Sequence record: SRR31156797_707
Length of the DNA stretch: 64,000 nt
Direction: 5' to 3' (one strand)
Shown piece by piece: positions 10,568-21,727 of this stretch (position 1 is its first letter; each line of letters begins with the position of its first letter). A program made the translations under genes and the position numbers. The notes below the pieces were generated by a model, which saw only the letters and a program-made list of their open reading frames with translations, searched no databases and was not told the origin of the DNA.

Positions 10568-10981
10568 ATGACAAACGCAACATTGCTACTCATTGATGAC
10601 GATATGAACGATATCGACCTCTTCCATGAGGCTCTCAATGAGGCTAATATCGTAAACTCGGTTAAGTATTACGTTTCCCCTAAGGAAGCGTTAAGTGACA
10701 TCAGCAAAGAAGATTTTCAGGTTCCTCTGTTAATATTCCTCGATATTCACATGCCAGAAATGAATGGACTGGATGCTCTTATAGAGATAAGAACAAACGA
10801 TGCCTTCAAAAACACTCCGATAATAATGCTAAGCGGTTCTGATAATGAAAAGGATATCGCCACTGCTATGGAGAGAAAAGCTAATGCATTCATTAACAAA
10901 CCCATAACTGAAGATGATCTCTATAAGCTGATTAGCCAGTTGAAAATCGGTGTAGCACTAACTTCTGAAAAGAGCTGCTGA
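10568..10981 (+). CDS. Single-domain response regulator
   Basis: LIDDD, FLDIHMP, FINKP. Confidence 0.9.
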   Translation: MTNATLLLIDDDMNDIDLFHEALNEANIVNSVKYYVSPKEALSDISKEDFQVPLLIFLDIHMPEMNGLDALIEIRTNDAFKNTPIIMLSGSDNEKDIATAMERKANAFINKPITEDDLYKLISQLKIGVALTSEKSC

Positions 10982-12600
10982 TGGACAATATTGAAAAGCT
11001 AAAATTCGATACGCTGAAAGATAATTACGACTTTGTTGTTTTCTCAAGAGATCTGTCGAATACTTTTCAATTCCTTGACGGCAATACTGAAAAACTCCTC
11101 GGGGTGAGCAAGAAAGACCTAACCGACGGCAAAGTTAAGTGGCTGGATATTATCCATCCGGAAGATAAGAAAAGTATGATGCAGACACTCTTTGAAGACC
11201 TCAAGAGCAAAACAGATAAAAACACCATAGACTTCAGGGTCATCATGCCGGATAAGAGCATCAAATGGCGCAGAAGGATAGGTACTGTCTCAAAAGAAGA
11301 CGATAAATGGCTCATGAAGGGCTTAATTCTGGATATTGATCAGGAGAAGGTGAGCAAATCTGAATCCAGCATATACTCTTCTATGTTTACATCGACTACA
11401 GGTAATATCGAACACGGGCTTATAATTCTCAGTAAAAACTACGATATAGTCTACTCAAACAATTATGCCATGTCACTCTTCGGTTACAACAGTGAGGACT
11501 ATCTCGCCAAAAACTTTAACGAACTTATCTCTATTTCAAGCGGAGCTAAGATAAGCGACTTAATTGAAGAAACCATCACAAAGGGCTTCATACTTAAATA
11601 TAACCTGCTGACCGACACAAAAGCTTACGCTGTAACAGCAAATGGCAAGACACCTATCGAACTGAAAATATCAACAGGTGAAGACAGTTTTTACTATCTG
11701 TTCTTCTCAGATGCTACAGAGCTTTTTAACTATGCAGAACAACTAAGCAGTAAATCACGTGAGCTGGAAGAGCTCAACCAGAAGCTAAACGATCGTGTAT
11801 CAGAAGAGATCAAGAAGAATATGATGCACGAAAAGATGATCTCAGAGCAGAGAAAAATAGCTGATATGGGTCGCCTCGTCTCATCTATTGCACACAGGTG
11901 GAGACAGCCCCTCAATAGCCTCGGACTTAATATACAGTATATAAAAGAGCTCCATGACTTTGAAGAGCTCACTCAAAAAGAACTTTACTCCACTCACGAC
12001 TACTGTATGGAGCTGATTAATGACATGTCATCAACTATTGACGGTTTTGCAGACCTCTTTAAAGATGATACTGAAAAAACAAAAGTTAACCTTGTTAATA
12101 AGATAATCGACATAACTTCTCTTTATTCTCCATCATTAGAAGCATCGGGCATAATGCTCACCATAGAGGCAGAGATTGAAGAGAGTAAATACAAAGATAT
12201 ATTATTAGTCGCTAAAGACAAATATAAAGTGGGTAAATTCAACATAAATTGTGTCGAAAACGAGATTTTTCAATCACTGCTTAATATTTTGAGCAACTCA
12301 ATAGACTTCATTAATAAAAGAAAAATGTCCTATAACTATCCGGGGCATATCAATATACTCCTGCGATACACGGAAAATGAAATAACTATAGAAATTAGTG
12401 ACAATGGTACAGGGCTTGATGAGAGTATTATAAACAACGTTTTTGAGCCTTACTTCACGACAAAAGAGGAAGGCGAAGGGATAGGTATGGGACTATACCT
12501 TACAAAACTTTTTATTGAAAAAGGACTTGGCGGAAGTATCTCATGCGACAACCTTGAAAACGGATGTAAATTTACAGTTACCCTCCCTATAGATTCATAG
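10981..12600 (+). CDS. Cytoplasmic PAS-PAS histidine kinase
   Basis: IHPED PAS, AHRWRQPLN H-box, DNGTG, PYFTTK, GIGMGL. Confidence 0.9.
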   Translation: MDNIEKLKFDTLKDNYDFVVFSRDLSNTFQFLDGNTEKLLGVSKKDLTDGKVKWLDIIHPEDKKSMMQTLFEDLKSKTDKNTIDFRVIMPDKSIKWRRRIGTVSKEDDKWLMKGLILDIDQEKVSKSESSIYSSMFTSTTGNIEHGLIILSKNYDIVYSNNYAMSLFGYNSEDYLAKNFNELISISSGAKISDLIEETITKGFILKYNLLTDTKAYAVTANGKTPIELKISTGEDSFYYLFFSDATELFNYAEQLSSKSRELEELNQKLNDRVSEEIKKNMMHEKMISEQRKIADMGRLVSSIAHRWRQPLNSLGLNIQYIKELHDFEELTQKELYSTHDYCMELINDMSSTIDGFADLFKDDTEKTKVNLVNKIIDITSLYSPSLEASGIMLTIEAEIEESKYKDILLVAKDKYKVGKFNINCVENEIFQSLLNILSNSIDFINKRKMSYNYPGHINILLRYTENEITIEISDNGTGLDESIINNVFEPYFTTKEEGEGIGMGLYLTKLFIEKGLGGSISCDNLENGCKFTVTLPIDS

Positions 12601-12662
12601 TTGCGACAGAACATAATCTATATGTTACAATAAATTATATACAAACAAAGCAAGAGGATATT

Positions 12663-15089
12663 ATGAAAGATTACAGAATACTCCTCGTCGAAGACGACAT
12701 TAAAGCTGCTGAAATTATTATTAAAAACTTGGTGCTTAAGCAGTTTGACAACATCAAACATGCAGCAGACTCTATTGAAGCTGAAGAGATTTTTCGTGCT
12801 AACGAATTTGATATAATCCTTATGGATATACAGCTTCCGGGCGGTAGAAACGGCATCCAGCTAGCTCAGGACTTCAAAGAGCTCAACGATACTCCGGTCA
12901 TATTCATTACAGCGAATAACGTTACGTCTGAATACGAGCATATTATCAAAAGCAACCCTTACGGCTTCATATCTAAACCTATAAAAGTAAATGATCTTGT
13001 CATCTCTATGGATATCTGCATTGAGAGGCACAGGGTGTATAAACAGGTCAAAGCCAATGAAGATAAGTTAAAGCTGGCAACTCAGGTTCTTGAGCTTCTT
13101 AATCAGGCGAATGACTCTGACGACGTAATAACCGATATTCTCTTTATCATAAAGGAATACCTTGAGCTTAAAACAGTGGGGATAAGCCTTAATGACTCCA
13201 CTCAGCACGTAATAGACAGCTCACAATCCATTAGAAGTTATGACAATATGTACTCTGTGATGAGAAGTATTATTACAGATAATCAAAACACAGATTTTAC
13301 AGAAACAAGAGGCGGCAGCGTATACGCTGATAACATAAAAAAGTTACTGCTGTACAAAGATAAACAGGAGTGTGAAAATTTTGTAAACATACTTTTTGTC
13401 CCTCTCAGGTGTGATAAAGACGAAATAGGAATACTGTTTGCCGTTTCAGATAGTGACAAAAGATTCGAAGACGAAATGATCCGCTTCCTTGAGAGGATAA
13501 GCAACAGTATCGGACTTAGTATCAACAGAAAGATCAGCGCCAAAAAGATAAGAAACGACATAAAACAGATCAAAGACCTTGAAGATACTATTAATAACAG
13601 CCCTACAGTGGCCTTTCAGCTTAATAAGGCTAAAGGTTACGAGGTTGAAAAATTGTCTGACAGTATCTCTAAGTTCGAGTTAGAAAGAGAGAATGTGGTT
13701 GGTAATAAATTCTCAGACATCATCGACCCAAACAGTATGATTCTCTTTGAAGAGATGCTGCTCAACAGTGGCTCTTTGGAAAAACAACACATAACACTCA
13801 AGATAGTCAGCCATAATAAAACCTTCTGGGCCGATTGCTACTTCTGGCAGGATGAGACTAATGAAGACTTTATCAAAGGTGTTTTCCACGATGTTTCCAA
13901 GAGGTTCAGAGCTGAAGAGAGCCTTAAAAGCAGTCAGGAATTCCTCCGCTCTATTCTCACACACCTTAATGCAGCCATAATCATTATAGATAATGAGAAA
14001 AGAGTGATCGTAGATGCTAACGAACATGCAGCAAAGTTAATAGGTATGACTAAAGACGAGCTTACGGGGCAAAGCTGTAAAAGTTCTATATGCAAAAACA
14101 GGCTTATAACAGATACTATCTGTAAATCACAAAAAAATATCATCAACATGGAAACAAAGCTGACAACAGCTCAGGATGAAGAAAAGATCGTCAAAAAATC
14201 TGTTATAGAAACTATTTACAAAGGCAAGCCTCACCACGTAATTATTTTCTTTGATGTTACTGAGGAGAAACAGCAGGAGCAGCAGCTTGTCAACATGCGC
14301 AGGCTCGAATCTATCGGACAGCTCGCCGCTGGTGTTGCCCATGAAATCAATACTCCAACTCAGTATATAGGTGACAATATATTCTTCCTCTCTGAAGTTA
14401 TGGAAAAGATTACAGAATTCACAAATATGATGCTGAATAAGTGCGAGAGAAAGTGTGATAGTTCAAAAGAAATCAGAGAGAAATATAACGAAATTGATAT
14501 GGATTTTTTACTTAGCGAAATACCAAATGCGATAAATCAGTCGAAAGAAGGAGTCCAGCGAGTCGCAGAGATCGTCTCAGCGATGAAGAAGTTCTCTCAC
14601 CCAGGCTCTAAGGAGAAATCACTTATAGATCTCCACGAAGCTATTGAAAATACTCTGATTGTGACCCGAAGCCAGTGGAAATATTTCGCAGACATAAGTA
14701 AAGACTATGACGAAAATATTGTCACAGTCCCCTGTTATTCGGCTGATCTTAATCAGGCTTTTCTTAATCTTATTGTCAATTCAGCACAGGCTATTGATGA
14801 AAGACTAAAAAATGAAAAAGATATGCAGGGGCTTATAACTGTCAAAACATACACCGAGGAAGGCAACGTAGTAATTGAGATATCTGACAACGGCTCAGGT
14901 ATCCCGGATAGCGCAAAAGATAAGGTTTTTGACCCTTTCTTTACCACTAAAGATATAGGGAAAGGAACAGGTCAGGGCTTATCAATTGTACATTCCATCA
15001 TACACGATAAACATCAGGGTGAAATAAGCTTCACCAGCACTGTTGGTGAAGGGACAACTTTCAAAATTTTATTACCAATGGAAAACTAA
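12663..15089 (+). CDS. Hybrid sensor: N-terminal REC, GAF-like, PAS, histidine kinase
   Basis: LLVEDD...MDIQL, AHEINTPTQY H-box, GKGTGQGL. Confidence 0.9.
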   Translation: MKDYRILLVEDDIKAAEIIIKNLVLKQFDNIKHAADSIEAEEIFRANEFDIILMDIQLPGGRNGIQLAQDFKELNDTPVIFITANNVTSEYEHIIKSNPYGFISKPIKVNDLVISMDICIERHRVYKQVKANEDKLKLATQVLELLNQANDSDDVITDILFIIKEYLELKTVGISLNDSTQHVIDSSQSIRSYDNMYSVMRSIITDNQNTDFTETRGGSVYADNIKKLLLYKDKQECENFVNILFVPLRCDKDEIGILFAVSDSDKRFEDEMIRFLERISNSIGLSINRKISAKKIRNDIKQIKDLEDTINNSPTVAFQLNKAKGYEVEKLSDSISKFELERENVVGNKFSDIIDPNSMILFEEMLLNSGSLEKQHITLKIVSHNKTFWADCYFWQDETNEDFIKGVFHDVSKRFRAEESLKSSQEFLRSILTHLNAAIIIIDNEKRVIVDANEHAAKLIGMTKDELTGQSCKSSICKNRLITDTICKSQKNIINMETKLTTAQDEEKIVKKSVIETIYKGKPHHVIIFFDVTEEKQQEQQLVNMRRLESIGQLAAGVAHEINTPTQYIGDNIFFLSEVMEKITEFTNMMLNKCERKCDSSKEIREKYNEIDMDFLLSEIPNAINQSKEGVQRVAEIVSAMKKFSHPGSKEKSLIDLHEAIENTLIVTRSQWKYFADISKDYDENIVTVPCYSADLNQAFLNLIVNSAQAIDERLKNEKDMQGLITVKTYTEEGNVVIEISDNGSGIPDSAKDKVFDPFFTTKDIGKGTGQGLSIVHSIIHDKHQGEISFTSTVGEGTTFKILLPMEN

Positions 15090-16294
15090 TGAAGAAAATA
15101 CTATTTGTCGATGACGAACTTAATATATTGCAAAGCCTGAAACGCTCTTATTACAAAAATAGGGGCGAATGGGAGATGACATTTAAAACTTCTGCTGAGG
15201 ATGCCCTTGAGTATCTCAAAGATAATCAGGCAGACATAGTCGTCTCTGATATGAAGATGCCGAAAATGAATGGTATACAATTCTTTAAAGTGCTCCAGAA
15301 AGAGCATCCTGTAACCATACGAATAGCTCTCTCCGGTCATGCAGAACAAACCTTACTTCTTGAATCTATAGGACTTTTCCACCAATATTACACCAAACCG
15401 TGCGACCTTGCGGTGCTGGAGCAAGGGATATGGGACGCATTTGAGCTTTATAAAATTTTAAAAAATCCTGAAACAAGAAAGATGATCAACGGCTCTAAAA
15501 ACCTGCCGGTCATCCCTGTTATATACAGAGAACTTCAAAGAAAGCTGAGCGATCCTGAGGCATCAATTTCAGATATAAGTGAGATTATCGAGAAAGACAT
15601 ATCGCTCACAGCTAATATACTGAGCTTAATAAACACCCCTTTTTTCGGGCTTCGTTCTTCTATAAATGATCTGTCTCAGGCGATAAGTCTGCTGGGAGTT
15701 GAGCTGATAAAGAGTATGATCCTGACAATAAATATCTTTCAGAAATCCTGCTCAAACATTCAGGACTTCTCTCTAATTAAACTTATGAATCACTCTATGA
15801 GAGTGGCAAACTTCTGTCAGGTAATAGCAAAGCATGAGGGGATTAAATCTAAATCCCTTGATCTTTACTTCATCACAGGTGTTCTGCACGATATAGGAAA
15901 GGTGATCTTCTATAATAATTATGAATCTGAGTATAAAAATGTCATCTCTACAATTAATGAAAAACTCAATACTTTGAAAAAAGCTGAAGAGTCACATTTC
16001 GAAATAACTCACGCACATATCGGCGCTTATCTCCTCGGTTTATGGGGATTTGATAAAGAGATTGTAAACGCATTAGTAAACCACCACGGTCTGCTCCCTG
16101 ACAGTAAGAATATCAGCCTACTTGTTCAGGTTTTATATTCTGCTAACCTTATTGACCATAGACTTGTTATAATTAAAGAAAATCACTTTATAAGAGAACC
16201 TGACGACGACATATTAAAAGAACTTCTCATCGAAGAAAAATATCATGAATGGGAAGAAGTTATAAAAGAATACCTAGAGCAGCACAATGATTAA
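15089..16294 (+). CDS. Response regulator with HDOD domain
   Basis: REC followed by LPVIP...INTPFFG...AISLLG...HDIGK...LWG. Confidence 0.9.
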   Translation: MKKILFVDDELNILQSLKRSYYKNRGEWEMTFKTSAEDALEYLKDNQADIVVSDMKMPKMNGIQFFKVLQKEHPVTIRIALSGHAEQTLLLESIGLFHQYYTKPCDLAVLEQGIWDAFELYKILKNPETRKMINGSKNLPVIPVIYRELQRKLSDPEASISDISEIIEKDISLTANILSLINTPFFGLRSSINDLSQAISLLGVELIKSMILTINIFQKSCSNIQDFSLIKLMNHSMRVANFCQVIAKHEGIKSKSLDLYFITGVLHDIGKVIFYNNYESEYKNVISTINEKLNTLKKAEESHFEITHAHIGAYLLGLWGFDKEIVNALVNHHGLLPDSKNISLLVQVLYSANLIDHRLVIIKENHFIREPDDDILKELLIEEKYHEWEEVIKEYLEQHND

Positions 16295-17408
16295 CAGAAA
16301 AATATTACTCGTAGACGATGAGGAGAGGCTCCTCTCATCTATAAAGAGAAACCTACATAATTTTGTTGACCTGCATCTTTTAAGTGACCCTACTGAGGTT
16401 GTCAGCTATATACGTGCCAACGGACCTTTTGCTGTCATTATTTCTGACTATCAGATGCCGAAAGTCAACGGAATTGAACTTCTTCAGATGGTTCAGAAGA
16501 TTTCACCTACTACCGTCAGAGTTATGCTGACAGGACAGGCTGACCTTGATGTTTCCATTGGGTCGATAAATAAAGGGAAGATTTTCAGGTTCCTCACTAA
16601 GCCTTGTGGTATAGACGACTTAAAAGCATCTATAGTAGACGCTATCAGGCAGTATGAGCTTGTCATAGCAGAAAAAGAACTTTTACAGGAAACCTTAAGG
16701 GGCGGAATAAAAGTTATTACAGATATATTATCTATTTTAAATCCTATGTCGTTTGGAAAGAGTAACCTTGTACGGGAGCACGTCAAGGACTTGAATAAAG
16801 AGATGGTTATAGATCACTTCTGGCAGCTAGATTTGGCAGCTTCTATCTATCTGATAGGTTTCATACTTATGCCTGACCAGATAATAACGAAAAAGTCGCA
16901 GTCAGAGCCACTAAGTCCAGACGAAGAAGCTATGCTGAACAGCTACACAACACTCTCATCACAGGTGATATCTAACATCCCGAGATTGGATAAGATCGGC
17001 AGAATAATTGAAAATGTCAACTACTACGAGCTCTCCAAAGAAATCGGACAGCATTCAAGAATACTAAGGATTGTCAATGACTTCGTAGACCTTACGAACA
17101 AGCTCAACCCTATAGATGCTGTCGCTCATATGGCAAGCATGCCAAATATTTACGACAAAGATATATTAAAGAAATTCGAAGCAGTCGCTTCCTCTAAAGC
17201 AAAGTATGTAAACCAAAAACTCTATATAAATGATTTGAAAACCGGAATGGTTCTGAATGAAGACGTAATGACTATAGACGGACTTCTGCTTATTAAAAAG
17301 AATCACGTTTTAAACGAATCAAGTCTTTTAAGGCTAAACAATTACGGCTCAACATGTGGTGTGAAAGAGCCTATCAGAGTTATGGTCAGAAACACCAAGC
17401 AGGGTTAA
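16287..17408 (+). CDS. Response regulator with degenerate HD-GYP-like output domain
   Basis: REC (FRFLTKP); HD-GYP-like fold but HDIG replaced by YLIG and no GYP motif. Confidence 0.75.
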   Translation: MINRKILLVDDEERLLSSIKRNLHNFVDLHLLSDPTEVVSYIRANGPFAVIISDYQMPKVNGIELLQMVQKISPTTVRVMLTGQADLDVSIGSINKGKIFRFLTKPCGIDDLKASIVDAIRQYELVIAEKELLQETLRGGIKVITDILSILNPMSFGKSNLVREHVKDLNKEMVIDHFWQLDLAASIYLIGFILMPDQIITKKSQSEPLSPDEEAMLNSYTTLSSQVISNIPRLDKIGRIIENVNYYELSKEIGQHSRILRIVNDFVDLTNKLNPIDAVAHMASMPNIYDKDILKKFEAVASSKAKYVNQKLYINDLKTGMVLNEDVMTIDGLLLIKKNHVLNESSLLRLNNYGSTCGVKEPIRVMVRNTKQG

Positions 17409-17410
17409 TT

Positions 17411-19038
17411 ATGACGCTTGATAAACTGTGTGAAAAACTAAAAGAGAATGAAAGCTGGCTGATTGAGCGTGTCATTCACTACGCAAAAAAACATGACTAT
17501 ACAAAATACACCTCTACCCTTTTGGAGGCGTGGCGTGCCTCTATTGATGGTTTAACCGAGTCTTTCACTAAATATGTCGAGATAGGAAGGATGCACGATA
17601 TAGACTCAAACTTTGACAATGAGGCGAATCCTTCCACTGAATTTGGAAAACAGGAAGCTATCAGGCACAGAGACAGAGGTATAAGCATATCCTTATTCAT
17701 GGGGCTGTATAAGTATTATAAAAAGGCGTACATCGACCTAATCAATGAAGAATTATCAGACGAGTTTAAAGAGTACATCTGTGATATAGAAAAATTCTTT
17801 GACAAGTTTGAGATAGCTTTTGTAGCAGAGTGGATAGCTAAGGGTGATATAGACTACAGAGAATCGCTGCTTGAGAAAAACTCCGCTCTCACCATTGAAA
17901 AAAACAAATACCTTATAATATTCGAAAGTCTGGACGAACCGATTTTCATACTTAATGACGAATGGGAAATTAAAGATATCAACTTAAAGGCTGCGCAGCT
18001 TTGCTACGAATCAGCCGTACCAGGACAGCACTACTACTCATCTAAGAAGTTCAAGCTACCTGCTGAAATACACAAAATAATTGAAAAAGCTAAAGACAAT
18101 AAGAAATTCAGACAAAGTATCACCCTGAAACACGACGGCGCTACATTAAACTTTGAGGTTCTTATTCAGGAACTGCTTGACTATAGCGGAGACTTCACAG
18201 GTTATTGCATCATAATGAATGATGTAAGCTTAAAACAACAGAAAAAAAACTAAAATATAAACAACAGCAATTAATTAACCTTAACAGTGAGCTGAACGAA
18301 AGAGTAAAGACTGAAACGAATAACCGTATGCAGAACGAAAGACTTCTCTTTGAGCAGAAGAAATTTTCTGATATGGGGAATATGATAGATGCCATTGCCC
18401 ACCAGTGGAAACAGCCACTGAATAACCTCTACCTTCACAGCCAGTACCTCTTTGATAACCTTAGAAAAGGGAGACTGGACGATGAGATACTCGCCCTTGA
18501 AAAAGACATTAGCTCTCTCATAGAATTCATGAATAAAACTATATCTGATTTCAGAGATTTTCTGAGAAAGGACACTCAGGAGAACTACTTTTATCTATCC
18601 GATACAGTGGATGAAACCATACAGCTCCTTAAATCTCAGCTCATGAACCACACCATAGCCATAGAGGTGAATAAGCCTGAAAAAGATATATGCATACTCG
18701 GTCATCAGAGCGAGCTAAAGCAGGTTATCATGAATCTCATTGTAAACGCCAAAGAGTCATTTGAGGCGAAAGGTATCACCTCTGGACGCAAGATAACTAT
18801 AACTATCAGTGATTCAGACAGAATATCGACAGTAGAATTTAAAGACAACGCAGGCGGGATACCTGACAACATACTGGAAAAGATTTACCACCCCTACTTC
18901 ACAACAAAAGCAGAAGGCTCAGGGATTGGGCTTTATATAAGCAAAATGATTATCAACGATCTTTTCAAAGGTGACATCAAGCACCAAAATGAAAACGAAG
19001 GCACTGTGGCACTAATCACTATCCCAAAAACTATTTAG
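17411..19038 (+). pseudogene. Histidine kinase split by a frameshift: helical sensor plus PAS (17411-18253) and HisKA/HATPase (frame open 18223-19038)
   Basis: The -1 frame upstream of ATG 18328 reads LKTTEKKLKYKQQQLINLNSELNERVKTETNNRM, matching the coiled-coil linker of the intact paralog at 10981; A8 run at 18242-18249. Confidence 0.75.
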
Positions 19039-19438
19039 AAGCAGTGATAAGCTTAGCCATCGCTATGTCTACCTTAAAAACATGATTAAGTATCCACTCC
19101 TTAGCTTCACTGACCATCTTCTTGTTAATTTCCTTATTTTCTGAAGTGAGCTGAGTTGCCTTTTGCATAGTTTCAACTTTCAGCCTAAAGTTCTCATGCT
19201 CTTTCATATGAGCTTCAAGCCCCGTATAACCAGCCTCACGCATAATGGCTTCCTCTTCTTCGAAGTGAATATTCGTATATGATACAAGAAAATTAATAAG
19301 ATTTTCAACCTCGTCATTAGCCTGATCAGAATCAATAGATGAGATTATATTATCAAAAGTAATGATGAGAGTCAGATGTTGCCGATCGATCTTTTCTACG
19401 CCAGTAATCAAATTTTCAGGAAGAGTGAGGTTAAACAT
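19031..19438 (-). CDS. Single-domain bacteriohemerythrin
   Basis: IDRQH, HFEEEE, HMKEH, HVFKVD di-iron ligand set. Confidence 0.92.
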   Translation of the reverse strand: MFNLTLPENLITGVEKIDRQHLTLIITFDNIISSIDSDQANDEVENLINFLVSYTNIHFEEEEAIMREAGYTGLEAHMKEHENFRLKVETMQKATQLTSENKEINKKMVSEAKEWILNHVFKVDIAMAKLITASK

Positions 19439-19495
19439 CAGAGACTCCTCTATATATTTGTGTTATAGTAATATTATAATACAATTACGGGTAAA

Positions 19496-20473
19496 ATGAT
19501 GACTAATCTCAGTAAAATATTATTTGTTGACGATGAGAAAAACATTTTAGATGCATACAGGCGTAACCTTCCGACCAATATCAACGCCGACTACTGTACG
19601 GAACCGTTAGAAGCTATTAAGATGGTTCAGGAGAACGGATACGAAGTAGTGGTCAGTGACATCAGCATGCCTAAAATGAGCGGTATAAAATTCATTGAGA
19701 AAGTTAAAGAGATAAATAACGAAATAGTCACTGTAATAGTAACTGGTTACGCCAGTATAGACAACGCTGTGGAATCTATCAATAAAGGTCACGTTTTCAG
19801 ATTCCTGACAAAACCTGTTGACCATAAGCTCCTGCTGAAAGCTGTAGAGGATTCACTTGATCAGTATCAGAATATTATTGCTAAAAAGAAACTATACAGC
19901 ACAGAGCAGATCAAAAATGAGATGGAAGCGATGATCAATTCATTCGCTAAAATAATAGAGATAAGAGACCCTTACACATCAGGTCATCAGAAGAGCGTCG
20001 CCGACCTAAGCCTGAAAGTTGCTAACACTCTGGGCTGGAATGAGGATAAAAAACAAGGTTTGTACCTCTCTGCGATAATACACGACATAGGAAAGATATA
20101 CGTTCCTGCGGAATTCCTCAACAAACCGGGCAAGCTCACAATGACTGAATTTTCAATAATCAAACAACACCCGACCATAGGATATGAAATACTTAACACA
20201 GTTAATTTTAAGTGGCCTATAGCGGATATAATAAGCCAGCACCACGAAAAGATAGACGGCTCAGGTTACCCTAACGGGCTTACAGAGGATAAGATACTGG
20301 AAGAGGCGCAGGTTATCGCCGTATGCGATGTATATGACGCAATGATCAGCCACAGACCTTACAGAGCGGCTTTGCCACAGAGCGAAGTTATTAAGTATCT
20401 GGAATCTATCAAAGGTAAATGCTATAAAGAAAACCACGTAAATGCGCTGTTTTCAATAATTGACATACAGTAA
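19496..20473 (+). CDS. Response regulator with intact HD-GYP phosphodiesterase domain
   Basis: RDPYTSGH, HDIGK, HHEKIDGSGYP, DVYDAMISHRPYR. Confidence 0.93.
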   Translation: MMTNLSKILFVDDEKNILDAYRRNLPTNINADYCTEPLEAIKMVQENGYEVVVSDISMPKMSGIKFIEKVKEINNEIVTVIVTGYASIDNAVESINKGHVFRFLTKPVDHKLLLKAVEDSLDQYQNIIAKKKLYSTEQIKNEMEAMINSFAKIIEIRDPYTSGHQKSVADLSLKVANTLGWNEDKKQGLYLSAIIHDIGKIYVPAEFLNKPGKLTMTEFSIIKQHPTIGYEILNTVNFKWPIADIISQHHEKIDGSGYPNGLTEDKILEEAQVIAVCDVYDAMISHRPYRAALPQSEVIKYLESIKGKCYKENHVNALFSIIDIQ

Positions 20474-21622
20474 CTACCTAGCCTGAATCTTCTTTCTAAA
20501 CTCAAGTGGTGTCATGCCTGTCTTCTCTTTAAAATAAGGTATCATCTGCTCGGCGTATTTCCAGCCGGAAGAGAGCGCTACTTCTGCTACAGAAAGTGAT
20601 GTTTTAACGAGTAAATCTTTAGCCCGCTCAAGATGAACACGCCTTATCTCATCCGCAGGCGAACGACCGATATAATTCATAAAACGACGCTCAAGAGTAC
20701 GCCTTGAGACCGAGACCTGACTAACAACATCAGAAACATCTATACTGTTCTCAGCATTACTTCTTATATAAGTGAGAGCCGCCTTAACATCAGCGTCATC
20801 AATAGCGATAAAATCTGTTGAATCTCTGGTGATAACCCCTATAGGGTCTAGCCAGTTATCTTTTATCTCAGGTTCCTCCCCTTTCATAAGCTTATCAAGA
20901 GCGATAGCGGCTTCAAACCCCTGCTGTATAGTAGGTATTGCCACACCGCTAATAGAAGGTTTTATCATCTCACCGATAAGGTCGTCAAAATCCCAACCTA
21001 TGATAGATACATCCTCAGCGACTTTCAGCCCTGCATACTCACAGGCGTCAGCTATATGCCGCCCCTCGACAGTTCCCCATGCGATAACGCCTATCGGCTT
21101 AGGGAGCTGTTTCAGCCACTCAGCGGTATTCTTAAGCCTCTCGTGCCATGTCCGGCTAGTCCATGTTCCCGATTCCGGGTTAAGGTAACAGCTATACCCG
21201 AATGACATAAGGATCTTAGAACATATCTCATATCTCTTCTCAGAATAATAGGTGTAACCGCTATAGGCAAAATTCCTTATCCCCTGCTCAAGAAGGTGCT
21301 CAACCGCCAGAGCAACAACCTTGGTGTCATCAGGTGCAACTCTGTGATAGTCTATCCCTGGGAGAACCTGTCCTGATATATTAACAACAGGAACGTTTGC
21401 CTCAGATATACGCTGGTAAACATCAGGTCTGTTTATCCTTGCGATAATGCCGTCCCCCTTCCACCCCTCAGGCAGAAAGAAAACTTCATTCTCGCCGTGC
21501 GGCTCAAGATAAAGAATCCAGTCCTGATTCAGCTTACAAAAATTTCCGATTCCCTGACAAAGTCTCCTACCCCATGTGGTTGAAGTTTCAATCAAAATTG
21601 CTATTTTATGCTTTTTCGTCAC
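20474..21622 (-). CDS. XylR-type transcriptional regulator (LacI-like ligand domain plus AraC HTH)
   Basis: IAILIETSTTWGR N-terminus, SRRTLERRF and C-terminal GMTPLEFR AraC motifs; GTG start. Confidence 0.88.
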   Translation of the reverse strand: MTKKHKIAILIETSTTWGRRLCQGIGNFCKLNQDWILYLEPHGENEVFFLPEGWKGDGIIARINRPDVYQRISEANVPVVNISGQVLPGIDYHRVAPDDTKVVALAVEHLLEQGIRNFAYSGYTYYSEKRYEICSKILMSFGYSCYLNPESGTWTSRTWHERLKNTAEWLKQLPKPIGVIAWGTVEGRHIADACEYAGLKVAEDVSIIGWDFDDLIGEMIKPSISGVAIPTIQQGFEAAIALDKLMKGEEPEIKDNWLDPIGVITRDSTDFIAIDDADVKAALTYIRSNAENSIDVSDVVSQVSVSRRTLERRFMNYIGRSPADEIRRVHLERAKDLLVKTSLSVAEVALSSGWKYAEQMIPYFKEKTGMTPLEFRKKIQAR

Positions 21623-21727
21623 AAGTAGTTACCCCGTGTGTTTCATCAGTATATATTATCACTTATCGTAATATCTAACAATATCTTTAAGCATAAATTC
21701 ATATATTTTCTTTTATTACTATACACT

